Below are positions 55,850 to 64,000 of a stretch of DNA of 64,000 nucleotides, piece by piece. The position numbers were made by a program, and so were the translations under genes. The notes under the pieces were generated by a model that was given only the letters and a program-made list of their open reading frames with translations, was not told the origin of the DNA and ran no database searches. The stretch covers positions 45 through 64,044 of the forward strand of contig JAFWMA010000012.1 of the NCBI GenBank assembly GCA_017510825.1, in the 5' to 3' direction. Source of the stretch: Clostridia bacterium (GTDB lineage: Bacteria; Bacillota; Clostridia; TANB77; CAG-508). Each line of letters starts with the position of its first letter. Position 1 is the stretch's first letter.

Positions 55850-55878
55850 ATAATAGGAAAGTAGAAATTTCCTATTAT
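55850..55878. repeat. 11-bp perfect hairpin
   Basis: ATAATAGGAAAgtagaaaTTTCCTATTAT. The word tatataataggaaagt recurs at 60608-60623. Confidence 0.75.
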
Positions 55879-55881
55879 GTT

Positions 55882-55916
55882 AAAAAGACTAGGAAAGAAA
55901 GCCCTAGTCTTTTTTG
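55882..55916. terminator. Terminator after mscL
   Basis: aaaaAGACTAGGaaagaaagcCCTAGTCTtttttt. Confidence 0.7.
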
Positions 55917-55991
55917 TGTGCAAATTGTAATGATATATCAATTATATAATACTTTTTATTCTGTCAATATTTAATATTTTTTTATCCAAAA

Positions 55992-56456
55992 TTATTTGCT
56001 TTGTTTTTTTAGTAAGTCTCTAATTTCTTCAAGTAGGACAACTTCTTCTGATTTTTTTTCTTCTTCTTCCTCTTCTTTCTCTTCTTCTTCTTTTTTGATT
56101 TTGCTTGTAATCCCATTAATTATTTTTATAAAAATGAATATACAGAATGCTACTATTAAGAAATCTAAAATGTTTTGGATAAATGCTCCATACATTATTT
56201 TAGCATCTAATACGTCTATGCTTAGGTGTGTAAAGTCTAATCCTCCAATCAACATACCTATTATAGGCATCAATATATCATTTACTAATGATGTTACAAT
56301 TTTCCCAAAAGCTCCACCAATGATGACACCAACTGCTAGGTCTACTACGTCTCCTCTCATTATAAACTCTTTAAATTCTGATGTTGTTTTTCCTAATTTC
56401 TTTTTTGCTTCTTTTTTAGCTTTTTTTAATTCTTCTTTATCAATAGTTTTTGCCAT
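55992..56456 (-). CDS. mscL: Large-conductance mechanosensitive channel MscL with extended charged termini
   Basis: 154 aa. [27 protein letters not shown] core. Lys-rich N-extension and [13 protein letters not shown]-tail. Confidence 0.9.
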   Translation of the reverse strand: MAKTIDKEELKKAKKEAKKKLGKTTSEFKEFIMRGDVVDLAVGVIIGGAFGKIVTSLVNDILMPIIGMLIGGLDFTHLSIDVLDAKIMYGAFIQNILDFLIVAFCIFIFIKIINGITSKIKKEEEEKEEEEEEKKSEEVVLLEEIRDLLKKQSK

Positions 56457-56608
56457 TTTTATTACTCCTTTTCTCTTATTTTATAAAAAATCAATATTAC
56501 TAATTTTTACTAATTCTTATTAAAGTTTTACTCTAATCTTATGATTCATCTTTAAAATCCATAAAATTCAGCTTTGTTTCAAAAGCTCTGTCCTTATTGA
56601 CTCACTAT

Positions 56609-56848
56609 CTAAATCAATTTAATGACTTCCCTCAAATCTTTAACACTTTGTCCATTTGGTATTTTTAATACTTCAAATTTTGAAATTGAATTTCCAAATT
56701 GTATTTCTATTATATCCCCAACTTTTACTTCATAGCTTGGTTTAGCTATTTTATCATTAACTTTAACTCGTCCATTATCAGCTGCTTGGTTTGCAACTGT
56801 TCTTCTTTTAATAACTTTTGTTACTTTTAGAAACTTGTCTAGTCTCAT
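56609..56848 (-). CDS. S4-domain RNA-binding protein (Hsp15/YabO-RqcP-like)
   Basis: 79 aa. MRLDKFLKVTKVIKRRTVANQAADNGRVKVN is an S4 motif. AGGAGGGG RBS, 11 nt after the addA stop. Confidence 0.75.
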   Translation of the reverse strand: MRLDKFLKVTKVIKRRTVANQAADNGRVKVNDKIAKPSYEVKVGDIIEIQFGNSISKFEVLKIPNGQSVKDLREVIKLI

Positions 56849-56859
56849 ACCCCTCCTTT

Positions 56860-59800
56860 CTATATTTTAATTAATTTATTTAAAAAAGTTGAATATATAC
56901 AACATTTTTTTACATCTCTTTTTAGCGCTCTTTTTAACGCTACTTTGTATATTTCTAATTGATTTATATATCTTTGTTTTAGAATCTCCTCATTTACTCC
57001 TTGGTCTGTTTTATAATCAACTAATATTAGCTCATTGTTTTGATTTATATAATATAAATCAATTACTCCTTGTACTAAAACAGATTCTCCTGTATTTTTG
57101 TATTTTATGTTGATGTAAAATGGTGTTTCCTTATGGGTTTCTATTGCATTTTTTAAATCTTTAAATAGTGGTGTTTTTATATATTCCTCTATTATTTTTT
57201 GATTGTTTTTTAAAAAATCTTTTTCTTCTTTGTTAACTTTTAAATTATCTATTGTTGAATTAACATCTTCATTTTCAAGTTTTTGCAGAACTAAGTGAAT
57301 TAAAGTTCCTTTTTCTGCAGGTGTTAAATTTTTATCTTGTTCATTGAAATCCAAGTTCAGCGGTATAATTTCTTTTTCTGTTACTCTGTCATCTAGCATA
57401 AATATTTCATCATTTTTAATTTTTATTTTACAATTTTTTAATGCTGTTACAGATGTTTTGCTTGGTGCTTCAACCAATATACTATAATTATAGTTCCATT
57501 TTAACAATTTGTCAATTTCTTCAAACTTTATTCTATCTATTTTTCTATCAATTTCGTCTCTATTTTCATTTTCTATTTTCTCTTCATATTTAATTTCACT
57601 TTTAGGTATTATTTCTAAATTAAGATTCAATTTTTTATCTGTTTTATATACTAATTCTATCCAATCAATAAATCTATTATATTTTTCCACTAGATTGTTG
57701 TTTAGTTTGTTAATCGAACCTTTTCCATGGTATTTTTCTACCTCAGATTCTTTTTCATTTAGTTTCTTTTGAACATTTTGATCTGCTCCTATTATTATTA
57801 ATTTATCTTTTGCCCTTGTAAGTGCAACATATAATATTCTCATTTCTTCCGATACTAGCTCTTTTTTTGCTTTAATATTTATTGCATCCTTTGTTAGTGT
57901 TGGATATTCTATTCCATCATCTATGTAGTTAATTCCAATTCCTATATCTTGGTCATAAATTATTTTAGTTTTCATATCTTGTTCATTAAATCTTTTTTCT
58001 ACACCACATAGTATCACTACTGGAAATTCAAGTCCCTTACTTTTGTGAATGCTCATTATTCTTACAACATCGTCTTTTTCTCCTATTATCTTTGCTGCTA
58101 TCAAATTTGAAGAGCTTTTTGAGGCAACTTTTTCAATAAATCCTATAAAATTAAATAGTCCTTTAAAACTTATTTTTTCATATTCTTTTGCTTTTTCAAA
58201 TAGCTTTCTTAAATTAGCTTGTCTTAGTTTACCATTTGGCATTAGTCTAACAAAGTGATAATATCCTGTTTCAGAGTATATTTTCCATATTAATTCATCT
58301 AATGGAATTTCATTTTGTAGCATTCTGAATTCATCTATTTTGTTTAAAAAATCTTTTACTTTATTTCCTAATTCATTATTATCGTTTGATGTTTCAACTA
58401 GTGCATTATAATAGTTTCCTTCTTTTTTGTTTAGTCTAATTTCAATTAGTTCGTTGTCATTAAATCCTCCAATTGGAGAACGTAGAACGGAAACTAATGG
58501 AATATCTTGAAGTGGATTGTCTATGATTTTTAGTAATGAAATAATAGTGTCAATTTCAATTGATTCTAAGTATTCAGAAGTTGCGTCTGAAAATACTGGA
58601 ATTCCTGCTTCTAATAATTCTTTTTCATAAACTGCTCCTACAGTTCCAGGGCTTCTTAATAAAATTGCAATGTCCTTATAATCAATTCCTTCATTGTGTA
58701 ATTCTTTAATCTTTTTACATGCTAGTCTTGCTTCTAGTGTTGCATTATCAACAACTCCTATTTCTTCTTCTCTTTCTTCATCTTTCTCATCGCTTTCTTT
58801 TGTTTCAATTATATACATTTCAGATTTACAGTCTATTTTAGCTTTTTCTTCCTTTTCAACATAGTTCAAGTATTCGTCTTCATTATACTCAATTTCTCCC
58901 AATTGCTTACTCATTATATTTTGAAATATCACATTACTAAAGTTTAACACTTCTTCTCTGCTTCTGAAGTTTTTATATAGTTGAATTTTTGTATCATCTT
59001 TTATCTCGTTATCATTTTTTATTAAATCATATTTTTCATATTTTTCTATAAATAAATCAGGTCTCGCCTGTCTAAATCTATATATACTTTGCTTAACATC
59101 TCCTACCATGAATAAATTGTTTCCGCTAGATATAGCACTCAGTATACTCTCTTGAATCAAGTTGCTATCTTGATATTCATCAATTAGTATTTCATTAAAA
59201 TCATTTTGTTTTGCAATTTCCGTTTTCTTTCCTTGTTTATCTATTAATAAATTTAATGCTGTATGTTCTATATCTGAAAAGTCTACAACATTTCTTTCTT
59301 TTTTCTTACTTGAAAATCCTTCTTCAAATTCTAATAGAAGTCTTTCTATTTTTTTTAATGTAAAATACATTTTCTTTATGTCACTTATTGATTCGTTTGA
59401 ATTATAAATAAATAATGACTTTTTTATTTGTTTTTCAAACACTTTTTTTACTTCATCTCTAATTCCTTTTGCCTTTTCTTTTAATTCAATTTCATCTTGT
59501 TCTAATTTCCTTTTAGCAGACCATGGATTGAACACTTTTGAATTTATTCCTAAGAATGCTTTATCCCATGTACTAAAATCAATGCTTTTTAAATCATTGA
59601 TGTCTTCATTGATTAACTCATATGGTTTCATTAAATTGCTATTTCCATATAACATTTTTTTTGCTCTTTCCAAGCTTATAATAGAATCATCAATTAGTTG
59701 TTTTGCTCTATCTATAATTATTTTTCCCCACTTGGTTTGAGCAAAATCTTCAACTTCTACATTGTAATCTTCTACTGCTTGGTTAATCCATTTATGTGGA

Positions 59801-60348
59801 TATGGTATGCTACTGGTAAAATCAAATAGTTTTAGAATAATATTTTTTAGAGGTTCATCATCTTTATATATTGTATATTTGTTTAGTAAATCTAAAAAAT
59901 CTTCGTTTTGTAATTCATAATTATTCTCAAATACTTCCTCAATCGCCTCTTGTTTTAATATCTCTATTTCAGCTGGGTCGCCAACTCTAAAGTTAGCACT
60001 CATTCCTATTTCAAAAAAATTATTTCTTATTACATCTAAGCAAAAAGAAGAAATTGTTGAGATATGTGCTTGGTTTATTAAGTTTACTTGTTTTTGTAAA
60101 TGCACATCATTAGGATTTTTATCAATCTCATCATATAATGCTTTTAGTAATCTTTCTTTCATTTCGCTTGCTGCGGCATTAGTAAAAGTTACAATAAGTA
60201 ATTTGTCTATGTCTATTTTTTTCATTATTATTTTATTAATAATTCTTGCAACCAATACTGTTGTTTTTCCACTACCAGCAGCTGCTGAAACTAAGATGTT
60301 TGCTCCATCATTCTCTATTGCCTGTGTTTGCTCTTTCGTAAACCCCAT
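56860..60348 (-). CDS. addA: ATP-dependent helicase/nuclease AddA (UvrD-type helicase plus PD-(D/E)XK nuclease)
   Basis: 1162 aa. FTKEQTQAIENDGANILVSAAAGSGKTTVLV N-terminus, helicase motifs, C-terminal GVIDLYY...LVDYKTD nuclease motif. Confidence 0.88.
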   Translation of the reverse strand: MGFTKEQTQAIENDGANILVSAAAGSGKTTVLVARIINKIIMKKIDIDKLLIVTFTNAAASEMKERLLKALYDEIDKNPNDVHLQKQVNLINQAHISTISSFCLDVIRNNFFEIGMSANFRVGDPAEIEILKQEAIEEVFENNYELQNEDFLDLLNKYTIYKDDEPLKNIILKLFDFTSSIPYPHKWINQAVEDYNVEVEDFAQTKWGKIIIDRAKQLIDDSIISLERAKKMLYGNSNLMKPYELINEDINDLKSIDFSTWDKAFLGINSKVFNPWSAKRKLEQDEIELKEKAKGIRDEVKKVFEKQIKKSLFIYNSNESISDIKKMYFTLKKIERLLLEFEEGFSSKKKERNVVDFSDIEHTALNLLIDKQGKKTEIAKQNDFNEILIDEYQDSNLIQESILSAISSGNNLFMVGDVKQSIYRFRQARPDLFIEKYEKYDLIKNDNEIKDDTKIQLYKNFRSREEVLNFSNVIFQNIMSKQLGEIEYNEDEYLNYVEKEEKAKIDCKSEMYIIETKESDEKDEEREEEIGVVDNATLEARLACKKIKELHNEGIDYKDIAILLRSPGTVGAVYEKELLEAGIPVFSDATSEYLESIEIDTIISLLKIIDNPLQDIPLVSVLRSPIGGFNDNELIEIRLNKKEGNYYNALVETSNDNNELGNKVKDFLNKIDEFRMLQNEIPLDELIWKIYSETGYYHFVRLMPNGKLRQANLRKLFEKAKEYEKISFKGLFNFIGFIEKVASKSSSNLIAAKIIGEKDDVVRIMSIHKSKGLEFPVVILCGVEKRFNEQDMKTKIIYDQDIGIGINYIDDGIEYPTLTKDAINIKAKKELVSEEMRILYVALTRAKDKLIIIGADQNVQKKLNEKESEVEKYHGKGSINKLNNNLVEKYNRFIDWIELVYKTDKKLNLNLEIIPKSEIKYEEKIENENRDEIDRKIDRIKFEEIDKLLKWNYNYSILVEAPSKTSVTALKNCKIKIKNDEIFMLDDRVTEKEIIPLNLDFNEQDKNLTPAEKGTLIHLVLQKLENEDVNSTIDNLKVNKEEKDFLKNNQKIIEEYIKTPLFKDLKNAIETHKETPFYINIKYKNTGESVLVQGVIDLYYINQNNELILVDYKTDQGVNEEILKQRYINQLEIYKVALKRALKRDVKKCCIYSTFLNKLIKI

Positions 60349-60438
60349 TTTTTTATAATTCCTTTCTTAAAACTGATGTGAATTCTATGCTAGTATTTTA
60401 TATTCAAAAATAAAATATGTCAAATTTTAAATAAACAC

Positions 60439-60467
60439 TAGACAAATTCGTTTTTTTAATGTATAAT
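60439..60467 (+). promoter_or_regulatory. Orphan sigma-A-like promoter
   Basis: TAGACA (60439-60444), 17 nt spacer, TATAAT (60462-60467). No plus-strand ORF follows before the terminators. Confidence 0.4.
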
Positions 60468-60472
60468 AATAT

Positions 60473-60608
60473 ATATATTCCTTATTATTTTTAGGAATAT
60501 ATGTTCCTTTTTTATAAATCGACTAAGTCTGAATGTTTTCACATTCAGACTTTTTTTGTTACAATTCACAGCTAACTTAATTTAGCCGTGAACAGTAACC
60601 TTTTTTTT
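60473..60608 (+). ncRNA. Candidate small RNA or leader: one 10-bp hairpin plus two tandem intrinsic terminators
   Basis: ATATATTCCT-10 nt-AGGAATATAT (60473-60502). AGTCTGAATGTtttcACATTCAGACT plus T7 (60526-60557). GTTACAATTCACAGCTAA-6 nt-TTAGCCGTGAACAGTAAC plus T8 (60558-60608). Confidence 0.3.
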
Positions 60609-60640
60609 ATATAATAGGAAAGTTTTTGTTTTAAAACTAC

Positions 60641-60669
60641 TTGCAAAAAACTCTATTTCAATATATAAT
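60641..60669 (+). promoter_or_regulatory. Putative hpf promoter
   Basis: TTGCAA (60641-60646), 17 nt spacer, TATAAT (60664-60669). Confidence 0.45.
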
Positions 60670-60704
60670 AATCATATATAATCAAACTTTTAAAGGAGGA
60701 AATT

Positions 60705-61238
60705 ATGAATATAAATTTTATTGGAAAAGATTTTGAACTTACTGATGCTATTAAAAACTATATTGATGAAAAAGTAGGTAAATTATCAAAATACATTGGT
60801 GATGAATTTGAAGCAACGGCAACATTAAAAATGGAAGGAGCTAAACAAGTAGCTGAAATAAGAGTTACGGCAACAGGTTGTTTATATAAAGCAGTTACTG
60901 CAAGTAAAGATTTATATGCTTCTATTGATAAAGATATTGATATTTTGGAAGGTCAAATTAGAAAAACAAAAGCTAAAAAAGACAAGCAAAATAAATCTGA
61001 GTCAATTAGATTTTCAGAAAATCAAAAAGCATCTAATGATGCCGATAGTGATGGACAAATTATTAAATCTATTTTGTATAGTATTAAGCCAATTACTGAA
61101 GAAGATGCCATGCTCATTCTAAAATCTGATAGTAAAAACAAATTTTTACCATTTATAAATGTTAATACAAATAAAGTTAATGTTGTTTATAAACTTAAAG
61201 ATGGTAATAATTTTGGAATATTAGAACCAGAAGATTAA
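60705..61238 (+). CDS. hpf: Ribosome hibernation-promoting factor, long form
   Basis: 177 aa. S30AE/YfiA N-domain (INFIGKDFELTDAIKNYI), linker, C-terminal dimerisation domain (KPITEEDA...F.N). AAGGAGG RBS. Confidence 0.92.
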   Translation: MNINFIGKDFELTDAIKNYIDEKVGKLSKYIGDEFEATATLKMEGAKQVAEIRVTATGCLYKAVTASKDLYASIDKDIDILEGQIRKTKAKKDKQNKSESIRFSENQKASNDADSDGQIIKSILYSIKPITEEDAMLILKSDSKNKFLPFINVNTNKVNVVYKLKDGNNFGILEPED

Positions 61239-61266
61239 AAAAACGACCTAAAGGGTCGTTTTTTAT
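61238..61266. terminator. Terminator after hpf
   Basis: aaaaaACGACCtaaagGGTCGTttttt. Confidence 0.75.
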
Positions 61267-61272
61267 ATAATA

Positions 61273-61304
61273 CGACTAAATTTTATGAAATAAAATTTAG
61301 CACG
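61273..61304. repeat. AT-rich hairpin, copy 2 of the dispersed element
   Basis: CGACTAAATTTTATgaaATAAAATTTAGCACG. Flanks also align with the reverse complement of 55760-55850. Confidence 0.8.
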
Positions 61305-61381
61305 ATGAACAATTAAACGCGGACTTTGCAGAGAGTATTTGCTTTTTCAATTATATTAGTGCCCGCTATTGTCCTTTATAA

Positions 61382-61750
61382 TTAATCTTCTTTTTTTGTT
61401 GCTTTTTTAGTGTTTTTTACTGCTGTCTTTTGTGTTGCTGTTTTTTTAGTCGTAGTTTTGGTGGTAGTTTCTTTTTCAGCTTTTTTAGTTGTTGGTTTAG
61501 CAACTAATTTCTTTTCTAATCTTGATTTTTTTCTTGATGCAGCATTCTTAGAAATTACACCTTTAGAACTAGCATGGTCTATTGCTTTTTTAGCTGCTGA
61601 TAATAGTTCAAATGAATCCTTGCTTTCTTCATTATTAGCTGCTTCATACTTTTTTATTGCTGTTTTATATTTAGTTCTAATTATACTATTATTCAATGTC
61701 TTTTTTTCTGAAACTTTAACTCTTTTTATTGCTGATTTAATGTTTGGCAT
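61382..61750 (-). CDS. rpsT: 30S ribosomal protein S20 with about 35-aa Lys/Thr-rich C-terminal extension
   Basis: MPNIKSAIKRVKVSEKKTLNN... is a canonical S20 start. 122 aa, compared with about 85-90 aa as I recall for typical S20. Confidence 0.92.
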   Translation of the reverse strand: MPNIKSAIKRVKVSEKKTLNNSIIRTKYKTAIKKYEAANNEESKDSFELLSAAKKAIDHASSKGVISKNAASRKKSRLEKKLVAKPTTKKAEKETTTKTTTKKTATQKTAVKNTKKATKKED

Positions 61751-61843
61751 TTTTGCACCTCCTCTTAGTGATTTCTAATAGACTTAAATATTATACCATT
61801 TTTTTTCGATTAGTGCAAGTTTTTTTTGATAATTTTCTTAATT

Positions 61844-62509
61844 TTATTGGTTTTGTTCTTCCTCTCTTGCCCATATTACTAGCCTTTGGCTTGAATCCTC
61901 TAAACAAGTAGATAGTGAGATTTCTCTCTTCCCAGCTGTATCTCTAGTAAAGTAGTCTAAGTCTTCTGCAGATGTTTCATAAATGTTATAAATTATATAT
62001 TTAATTTTTAAGTCGTCATTATCTGTAACATATACTGGGTCTCCTTTAGATAATTTATTTAAGTTAGAGAAAAATAAGCCATTCTTGCTGTTATGTCCCA
62101 TAATCACAGTGTTTCCAACTTTATTCAAAGTACCATAGTTTATACCAACTGCAACTTTCATTGATGCATCAGTTGCTCTATCTAATATTGGATATCTTAA
62201 ATTTATTTTAGGAATCTCTAATATTCCATCCATTGTAAATCCTTTATATGTTTTTTTAGCTAATTTGCTGTTATCTCCAGCATAATTTGATATATCTAAA
62301 TCATTAACATTTAGCGATACATCTCCTACGGTATTTGTTTTATTTTTGCTTCTATCAGTAATAAAATCGTCAACTGCTTCTCCTGCTTCTTTATTAGTGT
62401 TATATTGTTGGTATATAGTAAATCCCCATACACCTAAGCCAACTACTAATATTACTGCACTTATTATTAATACAATATTTAAAACCTTACTATACTTTTT
62501 ATCAATCAT
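61844..62509 (-). CDS. Sortase (membrane-anchored transpeptidase)
   Basis: 221 aa. N-terminal TM helix, VIMGHN His box, ISLSTC catalytic Cys box, downstream Arg (RLVIWARE). Confidence 0.85.
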   Translation of the reverse strand: MIDKKYSKVLNIVLIISAVILVVGLGVWGFTIYQQYNTNKEAGEAVDDFITDRSKNKTNTVGDVSLNVNDLDISNYAGDNSKLAKKTYKGFTMDGILEIPKINLRYPILDRATDASMKVAVGINYGTLNKVGNTVIMGHNSKNGLFFSNLNKLSKGDPVYVTDNDDLKIKYIIYNIYETSAEDLDYFTRDTAGKREISLSTCLEDSSQRLVIWAREEEQNQ

Positions 62510-62527
62510 TTTTTCTCCTCCTATTTC

Positions 62528-62872
62528 TTATCTTGTTGGAAGTTTAGTTCCTCCTAATATGTGGTAATGTAAATGTTTTACTGCTTGTCCACCATCTTCT
62601 CCAATATTTGTTAGGACTCTAAATCCGTTTTTGTTTAGTCCTTTTTCTATTGCAATTTTCTTAATTATTTTATTAACGTGAATTATTAAATCGGTATCAT
62701 CTAATTCCATATAATTATCAATATGTGTTTTTGGAATTACTAATATATGAATTGGAGCAATTGGATTTATATCATTAAATGCGATTACTCTTTCATCTTC
62801 ATATACTTTAGTTGAAGGTATCTCTCCTTTAACTATCTTGCAAAAAATACAATCTTCATTCAAATTCTTCAC
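62528..62872 (-). CDS. HIT-family (Hint-like) nucleotide hydrolase
   Basis: CIFCKI start and HLHYHILGG histidine triad. The real start may be the TTG at 62863. Confidence 0.88.
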   Translation of the reverse strand: MKNLNEDCIFCKIVKGEIPSTKVYEDERVIAFNDINPIAPIHILVIPKTHIDNYMELDDTDLIIHVNKIIKKIAIEKGLNKNGFRVLTNIGEDGGQAVKHLHYHILGGTKLPTR

Positions 62873-62886
62873 CTCTCTTTATATTT

Positions 62887-64000
62887 TTATATTAAAACTG
62901 CTTTTATCCTCCTAACTCCAGCTGAACTAGCTTCTTCTTTTTTTATTTTAAATTCTCCTAGTTCTGAAGTTCTTGTTACATGTGGACCTCCACATATTTC
63001 TTTTGATACATCTCCTATTGAGTAAACTTTAACTATATCCGGATATCTTTCTATAAACATACATTCAGCACCTGATTTTATTGCATCTTCTTTTTTCATT
63101 TCAGTGTTAGTTACTATTAAGTCTTCTTTAATCCATTTATTAACTAACTCTTCTGTTGCTTTTTTCTCTTCTGGAGTTAGCTTGTGATCACAGCTAAAGT
63201 CAAATCTCATTCTTTCTGATGTAATGTTTGAGCCTCTTTGATGACAGTCTTTATTTACTGTTATTTTTAATGCAGCATTTAGTAAATGAGTTGCTGTGTG
63301 ATATTTTGTTTCCATTTCTCCAGATGATGCAAGTCCACCTTTGAATTTCTGTTCACTTCCTGCTCTTGATTTATTTTGATGTTCTTTGAATAATTGTTGT
63401 ATTTCATCCATATTAACTTTCATTTCATTTTCGGTTGCTAAATCTTTTGTAACTTCAGGTGGAAATCCATAAGTTTCATACAATTTAAAAATACTTTTAC
63501 TATCAATTGTATCCTTTCCTTCAGATTTAATTTTTGCTATTACTTTATTAAACTCTTTTTCTCCTCTGGATAGAGTTTTAATAAATTTATCTTTTTCTTC
63601 AGTAATAATTTTTTTTATTTGTTCTTTTTTATCATTTAAATATGGATATAATTCATTTAGAGAATTAATGTTTAATTCAATCAGATTTGTTAGTTCATTT
63701 AGATCAATTTCAAGCTTATTCATATGTCTTGTCATTCTTCTAATTAGCCTTCTTAAAATATATCCTCTGTCAATATTACTTGGCTTTTCTCCATCAGCAG
63801 CTATCATTATACTAGCTCTTAGATGTTCTGTTGCTATTCTTCTACTTTCAATTATGTCTTTTTTAGATAATTTTTTAAGTTCATCCATCACAGGTTTAAA
63901 TAGTTCAGTTTCAAATGGATCGCTTTTTCCTTCTAATAAAAAAGTTATTCTTTCTAGTCCCATTCCTGTGTCAACATTGTGTTGTTTTAATTTTGAATAG
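62887..64000 (-). CDS. alaS: Alanine--tRNA ligase-like protein, C-terminal 358+ aa (5' end outside the window); lacks a C-Ala domain
   Basis: GLERITFLLEG (class II motif region), RGYILRRLIRR, editing-domain HTATHLL...ICGGPHV...GVRRIKAV. Stop follows immediately after. Confidence 0.75.
   Translation of the reverse strand, partial: YSKLKQHNVDTGMGLERITFLLEGKSDPFETELFKPVMDELKKLSKKDIIESRRIATEHLRASIMIAADGEKPSNIDRGYILRRLIRRMTRHMNKLEIDLNELTNLIELNINSLNELYPYLNDKKEQIKKIITEEKDKFIKTLSRGEKEFNKVIAKIKSEGKDTIDSKSIFKLYETYGFPPEVTKDLATENEMKVNMDEIQQLFKEHQNKSRAGSEQKFKGGLASSGEMETKYHTATHLLNAALKITVNKDCHQRGSNITSERMRFDFSCDHKLTPEEKKATEELVNKWIKEDLIVTNTEMKKEDAIKSGAECMFIERYPDIVKVYSIGDVSKEICGGPHVTRTSELGEFKIKKEEASSAGVRRIKAVLI

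Noticed and set aside
55567-55991. Lysine (L-box) riboswitch or T-box upstream of asd-dapA
   Set aside because: I read both strands and could not find the conserved L-box or T-box core sequences. Only AT-rich hairpins and a repeat element are present.

Overview
AT-rich (by eye about 25-30% GC) chromosomal segment from an endospore-forming Firmicute, probably Clostridia-class: spoIIP, spoIIM, a gerA-type germinant-receptor operon and a ylbJ-like gene are present. From about 1.2 kb to 39.7 kb every gene, including a tRNA-Val/Asp/Phe operon, is on the minus strand. The backbone is housekeeping: relA, recJ, a MacB-type ABC exporter, a znuABC-like zinc operon, ftsEX followed by two EnvC-like M23 peptidases and a Ctp protease, gpsA, plsY, der, rny, secG-like, xerD, deoD, dapA, asd, mscL, addA, hpf, rpsT, a sortase, a HIT protein and an alaS-like gene cut by the right edge. 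There are four tRNAs, no rRNA, no CRISPR array and no recognisable transposase or phage module. Most interesting observations: (1) the last 168 nt of a pilin-like surface-protein gene (5354-5521) are sharply adenine-depleted and built from NNY codons. This is the signature of a diversity-generating-retroelement variable region, but I saw no reverse transcriptase or template repeat in the window. (2) A GC-rich 30-nt motif recurs at 5285, 22067 and 54494, with its core at 37271, usually 12-16 nt after a stop codon. (3) A six-gene surface cluster (32767-37187) has a SipW-type signal peptidase between two TasA-operon-like paralogues, one carrying an LPRTG sortase signal, plus a BspA/DUF285 LRR protein and a mini pilin-like protein. 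(4) A Nif11-like small protein lies next to an ABC export module. (5) Several unexplained non-coding structures: a perfect 115-bp palindrome, a DnaA-box cluster, a structured leader with SD/anti-SD logic ahead of the zinc operon, and an orphan promoter-plus-terminators unit. There are three apparent gene-decay events: a frameshifted LRR gene, a frameshifted gerXC, and a collapsed sortase-substrate gene. All family assignments come from reading the translations. No BLAST, HMM or folding software was run, so they are hypotheses.
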